Shown here piece after piece: positions 15,794-25,256 of a DNA stretch of 64,000 nt. Below the pieces are notes generated by a model, which did no database searches, was not told where the DNA came from, and saw only the letters and a list, made by a program, of their open reading frames with translations. The DNA is from Candidatus Omnitrophota bacterium (GTDB taxonomy: Bacteria; Omnitrophota; Gorgyraeia; Zapsychrales; Zapsychraceae), in the NCBI GenBank assembly GCA_023247445.1, contig JAHFGL010000002.1, positions 553-64,552 on the forward strand. The letters are read 5' to 3'. Both the position numbers and the translations under genes were made by a program. The first letter of the stretch is position 1, and each line of letters starts with the position of its first letter.

Positions 15794-16567
15794 ATGAGTA
15801 AAGTCCCGTTAGCAGTTGTTGTCATTACTAAAAATGAAGAAGCCAATATCGACATGTGCTTAGGAAGTGTGTATGGTTGGGCGGATGAGATTATTGTTGT
15901 TGATGATGAAAGCCGCGACCGCACAGTTGAGCTCAGCAAAAAATATACCAATAAAATTTTTCATCGCAAGATGGATAATGAAGGCAAGCATCGCAATTGG
16001 GCCTACGCGCAGGCGAAGAATGAATGGGTCTTAAGTTTAGATGCCGATGAATATGTCAGCGATCAGTTAAAAGAAGAGATCGCAAAGACGCTGGCTAACA
16101 CAAAATTTCATGCCTTTTCAATTCCACTTCGTAATTACATTGGAACATATTGGGTTCAGCATTCTGGCTGGTATCCCGCTGGGAAGCTGCGACTTTTCAT
16201 GAGAAGCCGGTTTAAATATGAAGAAGTCGAAGTTCATCCACGCGTATTTCTAGAAGGCGACACGGGTCATTTGACCAAAGATATTGTTCATAAAGGCTAT
16301 CCAGACTTTGAACATTTCTTGGGAAGTTTAAATCGGCAGACCACACTTGAAGCACGAAAATGGATTCAAACCGGACGCAAGATGAGTTTAGGTCGAGCGA
16401 TCTGGCGCACGATTGATCGTTTTCCACGATCATTCATCGGTAAGAAAGGTTACAAAGACGGATTTGTTGGTTTTATGATTGCTTTTTTTGCGTCGTTGTA
16501 TCAAATCATGAGCTACGCCAAATATTGGGAAATGAAAAATTTACATCAGGACAATATAAAACACTAA
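15794..16567 (+). CDS. family-2 glycosyltransferase (WaaE/KdtX-like LPS core GT)
   Basis: VVVITKNEEANIDMCLGSV...DEIIVVDDESRDRT DxD region. Confidence 0.8.
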   Translation: MSKVPLAVVVITKNEEANIDMCLGSVYGWADEIIVVDDESRDRTVELSKKYTNKIFHRKMDNEGKHRNWAYAQAKNEWVLSLDADEYVSDQLKEEIAKTLANTKFHAFSIPLRNYIGTYWVQHSGWYPAGKLRLFMRSRFKYEEVEVHPRVFLEGDTGHLTKDIVHKGYPDFEHFLGSLNRQTTLEARKWIQTGRKMSLGRAIWRTIDRFPRSFIGKKGYKDGFVGFMIAFFASLYQIMSYAKYWEMKNLHQDNIKH

Positions 16568-16679
16568 ACACAAAACTCTAAATAAACTTAAAATCCAAAT
16601 GCTAAAGTTTTAAACTTTTAGTTTTGTATTTTGAGTTTATTTAGAGTTTAGAGTTTTGGATTTAGGGTTTTCAAAAAAG
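16568..16679 (+). repeat. intergenic bipartite AT-rich element (a G-free ~39-nt half with AAATCCAAA, then a C-poor half with TTTGGATTT and AGTTTATTTAGAGTTT), forming nested hairpins
   Basis: ACAAAACTCTAAATAAACT pairs with AGTTTATTTAGAGTTT and AAAATCCAAAT pairs with TTTTGGATTT. The same half-site style is seen in the elements at 27766 and 59020. Confidence 0.5.
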
Positions 16680-17276
16680 ATGAAACTAGTTTTCTTAGAT
16701 AGAGATGGCGTCATTAATGAATTTCCAGGTAATGGAAATTACGTCACTAAATTAAAAGAGTTCCATTTTATTCCTGGATCGCTTGATGCCTTGCGTCTGT
16801 TATCTAATGAAGGGTATTCGATTTTTGTCATTTCAAATCAGGCTGGCGTTGGCAAAGGCATTTACTCGAAACAAAAATTAAATCATATTACTCGTAACAT
16901 GCTTAAGGAAGTTAAAAGCGTTGGGGCTAAGATTAAGAAAGTATTTTATTGTATGCATCCATCTAGCGCAGGCTGCGATTGTAGAAAGCCAGGGATTGGA
17001 TTACTTCGCCGGGCACTTGAATCAATGAACAAGAGTATCCATGCGGCAAAGAAGGCCTTTTTTGTCGGTGACACCGAAGTCGATATTTTAGCCGGACACA
17101 ACGCTGGATGTAAAACAATCTTTGTTTTGTCGGGCCGTGAAGATTATCGTCATATGCGCGGCTGGAAAGTGCGACCAGATTACGTTGCCAAAGATCTTTT
17201 AGAGGCGGCGCTGATCATTAATCAGGAAAGTTCATCGCGTTCTGCGCTAAGTAGAAAACGAGCTTCAAGAAAATAA
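16680..17276 (+). CDS. gmhB: D,D-heptose 1,7-bisphosphate phosphatase (HAD family)
   Basis: MKLVFLDRDGVIN... DxD motif, and the Zn-finger-like CDC in CMHPSSAGCDCRKP. Confidence 0.85.
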   Translation: MKLVFLDRDGVINEFPGNGNYVTKLKEFHFIPGSLDALRLLSNEGYSIFVISNQAGVGKGIYSKQKLNHITRNMLKEVKSVGAKIKKVFYCMHPSSAGCDCRKPGIGLLRRALESMNKSIHAAKKAFFVGDTEVDILAGHNAGCKTIFVLSGREDYRHMRGWKVRPDYVAKDLLEAALIINQESSSRSALSRKRASRK

Positions 17277-17291
17277 ATCTCTTCACTATTT

Positions 17292-18377
17292 ATGAAAATT
17301 CTCGTTGTTCATGCCAGTGCTGGTGCCGGTCATACGAAAGCTGCAGAGGCGCTCTATCAAGGCTTAATTAAAAATCCTGCCAATAAAGTAACCATTATTG
17401 ATTCTCTTGATTACACAAGTCCGTCATTTAAGAATTTATATCGCGGCAGTTATACTTTTTTTGTTACGAAAATTCCTGGGGTGTGGGGATTTTGTTTTTG
17501 GCTTCTCGATCAGGACTGGTTGCAGCCGTTGGTCAAGCTTGGTCGTCGGATATACAATGGTTGTAATGCTGGGAAATTAGAGAAACTTCTTAAGGAAGAA
17601 AATTTTGATTACATTTTTTCTACACATTTTTTGGCCAGTGAAGTCGCTCCGGCGTTAAAACGCAAGGGACTGATTACTTCTAAGATTGTAACAATCGTAA
17701 CAGATTTTGATGTCCACCGAATTTGGTTAGCCCAAGGCACAGATTCTTATACTGTCGCCAGTCCATGGACAAAGGAAAAGATAAAAAGTTTGGGCGTTGA
17801 TGATAAACAAATTTTTGTCACCGGCATTCCAACGGATGAGAAATTTGCCAGACAATTTGATAAATTAGAAGCAAAGAAGAAGCTTGGGCTCGAGCCTAAT
17901 GCCTTTACAGTTTTGATGGCGACCGGTTCGTTTGGAACAGGACCACTTGAAGAAATTTTAGAAGCCCTCAAAGGTTTCCAGGTCGTCGTTGTCTGTGGAC
18001 ACAATAAAGCTCTTTATGAAAAATTAAGTCAGACACAAAGACCACTCGTTAAGATTCTGGGTTTGGTTAATAATATGCCAGATATCATGGCTGCGGCGGA
18101 TGTGATGGTCACCAAGCCGGGTGGATTATCTATTTCGGAGGCCTTGATCAGTTTTTTGCCACTTATTTTCTTTAATCCCATTCCTGGACAAGAGACGAAT
18201 AATATAATGGTTCTTAAAAAATATGGCATCGGTATTAGTGATTGCACGATTCCACAGATAGCTGACGAACTTCAAAAGTTTCGATCATCACCCGATTTAT
18301 TTGTAACGGCCGTTAAAAAGACTCAGCTTTTAGCTTGCCCAAATGCTGTCCGTGATATTATTGCGTTAATAAAATGA
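17292..18377 (+). CDS. GT28-family glycosyltransferase (MGDG synthase / MurG-like)
   Basis: MKILVVHASAGAGHTKAAEAL N-terminus and the C-terminal GT-B motif KPGGLSISEAL. Confidence 0.65.
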   Translation: MKILVVHASAGAGHTKAAEALYQGLIKNPANKVTIIDSLDYTSPSFKNLYRGSYTFFVTKIPGVWGFCFWLLDQDWLQPLVKLGRRIYNGCNAGKLEKLLKEENFDYIFSTHFLASEVAPALKRKGLITSKIVTIVTDFDVHRIWLAQGTDSYTVASPWTKEKIKSLGVDDKQIFVTGIPTDEKFARQFDKLEAKKKLGLEPNAFTVLMATGSFGTGPLEEILEALKGFQVVVVCGHNKALYEKLSQTQRPLVKILGLVNNMPDIMAAADVMVTKPGGLSISEALISFLPLIFFNPIPGQETNNIMVLKKYGIGISDCTIPQIADELQKFRSSPDLFVTAVKKTQLLACPNAVRDIIALIK

Positions 18378-20221
18378 ACCCCGCCATTGCCCAAGTTGTC
18401 GTCGGCCTTCCGGTTGAAGGCCCCTTCGATTATTCCATTCCGGAAAATTTAAAAGAACAGATAGCCGTTGGTCAGCGCGTCCGCGTATCTTTTGCTAGGC
18501 GGATTTCGATTGGATATATCGTTGGCTTTAAAGAGAAAAGTTCTTTTCCGAAACTAAATCCTATCTTGTCGCTACTTGATTCTGCGCCAACACTCGATCA
18601 AAGAGCCCTACAACTTACCAAACAATTAAGCGAATACTACAGCTGCAGTTGGGGAGAGGCCATCGAGGCTTATTTGCCGACGCCGCTTCGCAAAGTTAAA
18701 GAATTTAATTTTTCATTGCCTCTTAAAGCGAGTTCCCTATCTACGTCGTCAAAAGAAATTACACTTTTGCATGATGTTAGTTTAGATAAACGTTGGCCAT
18801 TTTTGATTGAGCAAATTAAAAAGCGGTTAACCAACAAAGAGAGTGTTCTTTTTCTTATCCCTGAGATATCGTTAGCGGGTGCGATTGAATCGAAACTTAA
18901 AACATCCATCGATGCGGCTATGATCATTTCAGAACGTCCAACGAACGATAAAAAAGATTTGGAACATTGGTGCAAAGTGCAAGATGGTAATGCGTATCTT
19001 TGTTTGGGAACACGATCAGCTGTTTTTACACCCCTTTCAAAACTTGGATTAATTATTATTTATGACGAGGAGAATGGCAGTTATAAACAAGAACAAATCC
19101 CGCATTACCATGTCCATCAAGTTGCGTTCATGCGACAAGAGTTAGAGGGATGTGAAATTATTTTTGTCAGCGCGGCCCCTTGTGCAGAAACATGGGGTGA
19201 AGCTAAGAAAGAAAAATGGACACGCGTTGACTTTAGTAATGATCAGCCAGCCGCTGTGCAGATGGTTGATATGACCAATTACAATCCGCAAAAAACATCG
19301 ATTCTTTCTTTCCCGTTACAAAATAGCATTCAAAAGATATTGGAAAATCGAGGACGGATAATTCTTTTTATGAATAGGCGAGGATTTTCGACCCTCACGC
19401 GGTGCAATCAATGTGGCTTTACCGTTAAGTGTCAACGTTGTGATGTTAACTTAACGTATCTTTATTCAAAGAAGATGATGGTTTGCCGGCATTGTAATTT
19501 TACACAAGAACTCCCAAAGCTTTGTCCATCTTGTCACGGATCATATTTGCGTTCGATGGGAACAGGGATGGAAAAATTAGAAAGTGAATTGGCGCGGCTT
19601 TATCCGTATGCGAAGGTCAGCCTTTATGATCAAGATACAACACAGTTTCCACAGATGTCGAATATTATTATTGCCACGCAGGCTATATTAAGAGAAAAAG
19701 AAAATATCCGCGCAGATTTGGTTGCGATGATGAATTTTGATGCTGAGCTCAATCGTCTAGATTTTCGATCAGCACAAAAGGCGTTTTCCTTGTTGGTTCA
19801 TTTGCGACTACTCGCCAAAGAAAAATTTGTCATCCAGACTCGGATGATTGATAGTTATTGTTTTCCAGCGATTTCAAAGTTTGATTTCAACCTTTTTTAC
19901 AATAAAGAGTTAGTCTTTAGAAAAGAATTGCAATTGCCGCCGTATAAACATTTGGTGGCGATAAATTTGCGCGGGGCGAAAGAAGATGTTGTCTTTGAGC
20001 AAAGTAAGATTTTATATCAGAGTTTAACAGCCCAAACACCGTCGGCCATTGAGGTTTCTGATCTTCATCCTGACATTTTGCCAAAGCTGCGGGATAAGTA
20101 TCGATATTCTATAATGTTGAAAGGTAAATCGGTTAAAGGTATATTAGCTTTTGCCAAGAAAGTATTGAAAGATTTTAAACGAAGAGGCAAAGTCATATTA
20201 ACCATTAATGTGGATCCGTAA
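18374..20221 (+). CDS. priA: primosomal protein N' (PriA)-like with degenerate helicase motifs
   Basis: N-terminal 3'BD-like domain; Cys4 zinc region CNQCGF...CQRCD...CRHCNF...CPSCHG. The Walker A position reads DVSLDKRW, DEEH reads DEEN, and motif VI is HLRLLAKE. Confidence 0.75.
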   Translation: MNPAIAQVVVGLPVEGPFDYSIPENLKEQIAVGQRVRVSFARRISIGYIVGFKEKSSFPKLNPILSLLDSAPTLDQRALQLTKQLSEYYSCSWGEAIEAYLPTPLRKVKEFNFSLPLKASSLSTSSKEITLLHDVSLDKRWPFLIEQIKKRLTNKESVLFLIPEISLAGAIESKLKTSIDAAMIISERPTNDKKDLEHWCKVQDGNAYLCLGTRSAVFTPLSKLGLIIIYDEENGSYKQEQIPHYHVHQVAFMRQELEGCEIIFVSAAPCAETWGEAKKEKWTRVDFSNDQPAAVQMVDMTNYNPQKTSILSFPLQNSIQKILENRGRIILFMNRRGFSTLTRCNQCGFTVKCQRCDVNLTYLYSKKMMVCRHCNFTQELPKLCPSCHGSYLRSMGTGMEKLESELARLYPYAKVSLYDQDTTQFPQMSNIIIATQAILREKENIRADLVAMMNFDAELNRLDFRSAQKAFSLLVHLRLLAKEKFVIQTRMIDSYCFPAISKFDFNLFYNKELVFRKELQLPPYKHLVAINLRGAKEDVVFEQSKILYQSLTAQTPSAIEVSDLHPDILPKLRDKYRYSIMLKGKSVKGILAFAKKVLKDFKRRGKVILTINVDP

Positions 20222-20223
20222 AA

Positions 20224-21189
20224 ATGATGATTCTCGCTCAAAGGTTTTTGTTTCTTATAATGTTTCTGGTGTGTCCAATCGTTGCATTGGCCCAGACAGA
20301 AGTTGAGGTCGTTTTTTCTTCGGGGGCGGTTGAGGTTGATCCTAGTGGCCATGACGGATTTCAGATGGCCAAGGAAGGGATGCTGCTTTCAACAGGCGCT
20401 GTGATTCGAACATCTGCTGGCAGTTACGCGCAACTGAGTTTTGATGAGGATGATCAAAATATTGTGCGTGTTGAAGAAAATACAACCGCTGTTGTTATCA
20501 TTAAAGATAATGAAAAAATTGAGTTACTAAAGGGCGAAGTCTTTGCGATTATTCACAAATTGCCTTCGGGCACGTCTTTTGAAATAAAAACGCCCACGGC
20601 TGTGGCAGGGGCACGGGGAACAGAATGGGTCACACGTTTTAATAACGATATGACAGAAGTAGAGGCTTATGATGACAATCCTTTTGTTAAAACCATTGAT
20701 GAAAAAGGGCAAGTAAGCCAAGAAGAAACACCGGTCAAAACTGGTTATGCGACATCCGTTAAACGTTTTGAGCGGCCCAAAGAATTTAAACAAATTCCAG
20801 TTCATCGACAACAAAGGTGGCAGGCGCTACGCCAAGAAGTTAGACACCGTACAGAAGCTGAAAGAAAACGTAGAGGTCATCCAGAACGCAAGCAACAAAA
20901 TCTTCCTCATCGCGCAAACGCCAGTGGATTGCCAAATCAAAATATTGAGAAAGCTCGTAAGCAAGGCGATAATACATTGAATGGCGCAAAGCGCATACAA
21001 TTTTTAAATAAACAAAACGAGCAAATAAAAAAAGAAATTAAGAACAACTCTCCACAATCGTCAATGAAACAGGAATATGAACGTAAAATGAAATTAATGG
21101 AAGAGAGAAAGAAAACAGTTCCTTCAATGACATCGAGTAGTAATGAGAATTTACGAAAAAATAATTTAAAACCCCGACCCATAAAATGA
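20224..21189 (+). CDS. FecR-domain protein with signal peptide and a K/R/E-rich C-terminal tail
   Basis: Signal peptide MMILAQRFLFLIMFLVCPIVALA; FecR-like beta region; low-complexity charged tail. Confidence 0.55.
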   Translation: MMILAQRFLFLIMFLVCPIVALAQTEVEVVFSSGAVEVDPSGHDGFQMAKEGMLLSTGAVIRTSAGSYAQLSFDEDDQNIVRVEENTTAVVIIKDNEKIELLKGEVFAIIHKLPSGTSFEIKTPTAVAGARGTEWVTRFNNDMTEVEAYDDNPFVKTIDEKGQVSQEETPVKTGYATSVKRFERPKEFKQIPVHRQQRWQALRQEVRHRTEAERKRRGHPERKQQNLPHRANASGLPNQNIEKARKQGDNTLNGAKRIQFLNKQNEQIKKEIKNNSPQSSMKQEYERKMKLMEERKKTVPSMTSSSNENLRKNNLKPRPIK

Positions 21190-21195
21190 GGTTGT

Positions 21196-22200
21196 ATGTC
21201 GACGGCCTGTTACGCTGCTTATAAAGCCAAAGATTTGTTAAAACCATTTTCTTATGAGCCTAAGATCTTGGGGCCGTGGGATGTGGATATTAAAATCACC
21301 CATTGCGGAGTTTGTCATAGCGATATTCATTTGATTGATGGTGATTGGCGTAAGGATATTTATCCGCTAGTGCCGGGGCATGAAATTATTGGGATTGTGA
21401 CCGCGCGAGGAAAGAACGTTACGCAATTAAAAAAGGGTGATCGCGTTGGCGTCGGTTGGCAGTCTGCTTCTTGTTTAAAATGTGAGTGGTGTAAAAAGGG
21501 CGAAGAGAATCTTTGCAATAATTATCAAGCCACCTGTGTTGGAAAACATGGCGGATTTTCCCAGCGCATTATTACCGACAGCCGTTTTGCATTTGCCATT
21601 CCACAGGCGCTTGACTCAGAACATGCGGCCCCGCTTATGTGCGCGGGTATTACTGTTTATTCACCGCTGCGACGGTTTGTTAGTCCGGCGATGAAAGTTG
21701 GTGTGATTGGCATAGGCGGGTTAGGTCACTTGGCGCTGCAATTTGCGCACGCGATGGGGGCTTCTGTCACCGCTTTTTCTACCTCAGCGGTAAAAATAAA
21801 AGAAGCTAAAGAGTTAGGAGCCGATCATTTTGTTTTGATCAACGATAAAAAACAAATGAAAGAGGCGGCAAGTTCTTTAGATTTTATTCTTTCTACCGTT
21901 AATGTTCATTTAGATTGGGCGGCATTCTTAAAAATTTTACGCCCCAATGGAAAACTTTGTTTGGTGGGGGCTTTACCCGGTGACATAAAGTTTCCTTTTG
22001 ATGCTATTTTGGGTGATCAAAAAACTGTTGTGGGGAGTGTTATTGGCAGTCGTAAGATGATTAAAGAAATGCTTTCCTTCGCTGCGAAACACAAGATTAA
22101 AGCAAAAACACAAAGTGTGCCTTTGGCGGACGTTAATGTCGCCATTAAAAAAGTCAAAGCTAATGAAGTCCGATATCGTATGGTTTTAACGTGTAACTAA
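21196..22200 (+). CDS. Zn-dependent alcohol dehydrogenase (cinnamyl-alcohol-dehydrogenase-like MDR)
   Basis: GVCHSDIH, GHEIIG, structural zinc CLKCEWCKKGEENLC, and the NAD-binding GIGGLGH motif. Confidence 0.85.
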   Translation: MSTACYAAYKAKDLLKPFSYEPKILGPWDVDIKITHCGVCHSDIHLIDGDWRKDIYPLVPGHEIIGIVTARGKNVTQLKKGDRVGVGWQSASCLKCEWCKKGEENLCNNYQATCVGKHGGFSQRIITDSRFAFAIPQALDSEHAAPLMCAGITVYSPLRRFVSPAMKVGVIGIGGLGHLALQFAHAMGASVTAFSTSAVKIKEAKELGADHFVLINDKKQMKEAASSLDFILSTVNVHLDWAAFLKILRPNGKLCLVGALPGDIKFPFDAILGDQKTVVGSVIGSRKMIKEMLSFAAKHKIKAKTQSVPLADVNVAIKKVKANEVRYRMVLTCN

Positions 22201-22239
22201 AAAAGTATCATTGAGCCAAAATTATAGGAGAAGAATTAT

Positions 22240-23277
22240 ATGAGTATCAGTCCAATCATTCAGACCTTATTCCCAGTTATTGTTTTTGTTTTAGTCTTTT
22301 TGATGGGGATGATTGTTCGCGCCCTTTTGTTTCGCAGTTTCTCCCATTGGGCGAAGAATACTAAAACCGAAATAGATGATATTGTTATTTCTTCTGTTAG
22401 TGGACCATCAATTATTTGGTGTTTAATGTTGGCCATTTATTTGGCCCTTGCCATCTCATCTCTTCCTACCAATTTAGTTGAGATTCTAGGGAAAGTATTA
22501 TTAGTCTTAGGAATTTTTTCTGTAACGTTAGTTTTGGCGAATATGACTTCCCGTCTAGCAAAAAAATATGCTGCGCAAATAGATTCAGCGTTACCGGTAA
22601 CATCATTGACGGAAAATATTTCTAGGATCATCATTTTTGGGGTAGGCATTCTTATTGTTTTAAACAGTTTAGGGATTTCAATCACCCCCATTTTAGCCAC
22701 CTTAGGTGTTGGTGGATTGGCGGTGGCGTTGGCGCTTCAAGATACTTTATCTAATTTGTTTGCAGGTTTTCATGTTCTAGCTAGCGGCCAAGTTCGTATT
22801 GGTGATTATATTAAACTGGAATCCGGAGAAGAAGGATATGTTACCGATATTAATTGGCGAACAACAAAAGTTCGCACGCTTCCTAACAGTGTTATTCTTG
22901 TTCCCAACGCAAAACTTGCCCAGGCAATCATTGTTAATTATTATCTGCCAGATCGCGAGATGGCCGTTTTAGTTGAGGTGGGTGTTGCTTGTGAAAGTGA
23001 TTTGAAGAAAGTGGAAAAGATCACATCGCTGGTTGCTAAAGAAGTCATGAAAGAGGCCGCCGGAGGAGTTCCTGGGTTCGATCCATTTATTCGATATCAT
23101 ACACTTGCTGATTCGAGTATTAATTTTACGGTTGTTTTAAGATGTAAAGAGTTTACTGATCAGTATTTGATTAAACATGAATTTATTAAAAAATTGGTCG
23201 AACGTTATGCCCAGGAAGGCATCATGATGCCTTATCCGACACGGACAGTTTATTTAAAACAGGAGAAAGGGGCATGA
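22240..23277 (+). CDS. mechanosensitive ion channel MscS family
   Basis: N-terminal TMs followed by the MscS beta domain (GDYIKLESGEEGYVTDINWRTTKVRT). Confidence 0.8.
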   Translation: MSISPIIQTLFPVIVFVLVFLMGMIVRALLFRSFSHWAKNTKTEIDDIVISSVSGPSIIWCLMLAIYLALAISSLPTNLVEILGKVLLVLGIFSVTLVLANMTSRLAKKYAAQIDSALPVTSLTENISRIIIFGVGILIVLNSLGISITPILATLGVGGLAVALALQDTLSNLFAGFHVLASGQVRIGDYIKLESGEEGYVTDINWRTTKVRTLPNSVILVPNAKLAQAIIVNYYLPDREMAVLVEVGVACESDLKKVEKITSLVAKEVMKEAAGGVPGFDPFIRYHTLADSSINFTVVLRCKEFTDQYLIKHEFIKKLVERYAQEGIMMPYPTRTVYLKQEKGA

Positions 23278-24029
23278 AAATTATTTCGTGGAATGTAAAT
23301 GGAATTCGCGCGGCGCTCAAAAAAGGATTTGTCGATTTTGTTAAGAAATATGATCCCGATATTTTGTGTCTGCAAGAAACCAAAGCGCCAGCCGATGGAA
23401 AGGTAGATATCGATTTAAAAGGATATGAGCTGTATTGGAACAATGCCAAGCGTCCGGGCTATTCAGGAACAGCTATTTTTACAAAAATTAAACCGATAGC
23501 GGTTGTTAATGGCATCGACATCGAGAAACATGATCAAGAAGGCCGAGTCATGACCGCGGAGTTTAAGGATTTTTATCTGGTGAATGTTTATGTTCCTAAT
23601 TCCAAACGAGAGTTGGAACGTTTACCATATCGTGAAAAAGAATGGGATGTGGATTTTTTAAAATATTTAAGAAATTTAGAGAAGAAAAAACCGGTTGTAT
23701 TTTGCGGCGATATGAACGTGGCGCATAAGGAGATTGATTTAACGTATCCCAAAGCCAATGTTAATAATCACGGATTCACCCCGCAAGAGCGTATGGGGTT
23801 TGATAACATTGTTAAGGCTGGGTTTATTGATACCTTTCGCGAATTTGAAACCGCCGGCGGGCATTATACGTGGTGGAGCCCGATGGGTGGATGTCGAGCG
23901 AAGAACATCGGTTGGCGTATTGATTATTTTTGTGTTTCATCATCGTTAAAAGTAAAACTTAAAACGAGTTGTATTTATCCTGATGTCATGGGCTCCGATC
24001 ATTGCCCAATTGAACTTGTTTTAAAATAG
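23274..24029 (+). CDS. xthA: exodeoxyribonuclease III
   Basis: MKIISWNVNGIRA...CLQETK...SDHCPI motifs; overlaps the mscS stop. Confidence 0.9.
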   Translation: MKIISWNVNGIRAALKKGFVDFVKKYDPDILCLQETKAPADGKVDIDLKGYELYWNNAKRPGYSGTAIFTKIKPIAVVNGIDIEKHDQEGRVMTAEFKDFYLVNVYVPNSKRELERLPYREKEWDVDFLKYLRNLEKKKPVVFCGDMNVAHKEIDLTYPKANVNNHGFTPQERMGFDNIVKAGFIDTFREFETAGGHYTWWSPMGGCRAKNIGWRIDYFCVSSSLKVKLKTSCIYPDVMGSDHCPIELVLK

Positions 24030-24207
24030 TGCCAGAAATTTATAAAAAATATTGAATTGTTTCTGAAGGGACGTTGGTCCAACGAGCCGCATGGATTCAG
24101 GCGAGGAAGGACCACCGAGCGAAGCTTGCCTCGCCGGGGCAAGCGAGCGATCCCGGAAGAAATAATTCAATATTTTTACAGAATCAAGATTAATAAGGAA
24201 AACGATT

Positions 24208-24618
24208 ATGAAAAAAACAGAAACAGCAGGCGGGATTGTTCTTAATTCTAAAGGATTGGTTTTAGTTGTCAGTCAGCACGGAACGTCTTGGTCATTACCC
24301 AAGGGCCATATTGATCAAGGAGAAGATCAGCTAACCGCAGCTCGAAGAGAAATTTTGGAAGAGTCAGGAATTAGCAGCTTAAAGCTTATTAAAGAGTTGG
24401 GAGTTTACGAACGATATCGAATTGGATTAAATGGCGGTGATGATCGTTCAGAGCTTAAAAAAATTTATATGTTTTTGTTTAAGACAGAGCAAGAAGACCT
24501 AAAACCGACTGATCCTCATAATCCTGAGGCGCGATGGGTTGATAAAAAGAAAGTTGCTGAGTTACTTACGCATAAGAAGGATAAGGAATTTTATCTGCAG
24601 GCGATGGCAAGCTTCTAA
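24208..24618 (+). CDS. NUDIX hydrolase
   Basis: Nudix box GEDQLTAARREILEESGI. Confidence 0.8.
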   Translation: MKKTETAGGIVLNSKGLVLVVSQHGTSWSLPKGHIDQGEDQLTAARREILEESGISSLKLIKELGVYERYRIGLNGGDDRSELKKIYMFLFKTEQEDLKPTDPHNPEARWVDKKKVAELLTHKKDKEFYLQAMASF

Positions 24619-24630
24619 TGTAGAAAAGTT

Positions 24631-25131
24631 TTAAACCATTTCTTTGGGCCGCCAAAGATGGATGAGTTTTCCGCAAGGCTTCATTTGTAGTTCCCGCCAG
24701 TGATTAGTGGAAAGTTCCACGTAGGCGAGTGCCCCAGTTGACAAGGATTCGAATTTATCCGTTAATAAGCTAAGAAATTCTTCGTGCGCAGGATTGTGGC
24801 CAACAATCATGACTGTTTGGGATTCATCGGGAAGATCTTGTAGAGCTTCAAAATATTTTTTCATGTTAGATTCATAAAGCTCATCAGTGTAGATAAATTT
24901 TCCCGAGAATCCAATTACCTTGGCCATCAGTTCCGCCGTTTGGCGGGTACGCAGTGCCGTTGAGCTAAGAATTAGATCCGGTTTAAGGCCTTCTTTCGTG
25001 AGCATCTTGGCAACGCTCGGAATTTGCACCTGACCGATTTCATTAAGCGGTCGCTCGTGGTCTTTTAAATTCGGATCGCCTTTACTAGCCTTGGCGTGAC
25101 GTAAAATAAGTAAAGTTTTCATTGGGTTCAT
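24631..25131 (-). CDS. sixA: histidine-phosphatase superfamily protein (SixA-like phosphohistidine phosphatase)
   Basis: LLILRHAKA (RHG-type motif) and HNP in MIVGHNPAHEEF. The start is taken at internal ATG 25131 (MNPMKT...); the ORF track gives 25161. Confidence 0.7.
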   Translation of the reverse strand: MNPMKTLLILRHAKASKGDPNLKDHERPLNEIGQVQIPSVAKMLTKEGLKPDLILSSTALRTRQTAELMAKVIGFSGKFIYTDELYESNMKKYFEALQDLPDESQTVMIVGHNPAHEEFLSLLTDKFESLSTGALAYVELSTNHWRELQMKPCGKLIHLWRPKEMV

Positions 25132-25256
25132 TGTAATAAGATTTCTATAATCTTCCAACATAAAATATCAATCAAATATTCTCTAAAATCTTTAAAAAAA
25201 TAAACATCAATTTTTTCTTATGATATACTTTAAATGAAATTATAGGGAGGAGAAGT

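Noticed and set aside
23060-23100. tRNA-like T-arm motif GGTTCGATCC
   Set aside because: It lies inside the mscS coding sequence. No acceptor, D-arm or anticodon-arm cloverleaf could be built around it. No tRNA, rRNA or tmRNA signatures were found anywhere in the window.
24057-24245. 62-aa ORF MFLKGRWSNEPHGFRRGRTTERSLPRRGKRAIPEE...
   Set aside because: Arg/Gly-rich low-complexity translation of a GC-rich structured intergenic stretch. It overlaps the NUDIX start, has no RBS, and is treated as RNA/UTR instead.
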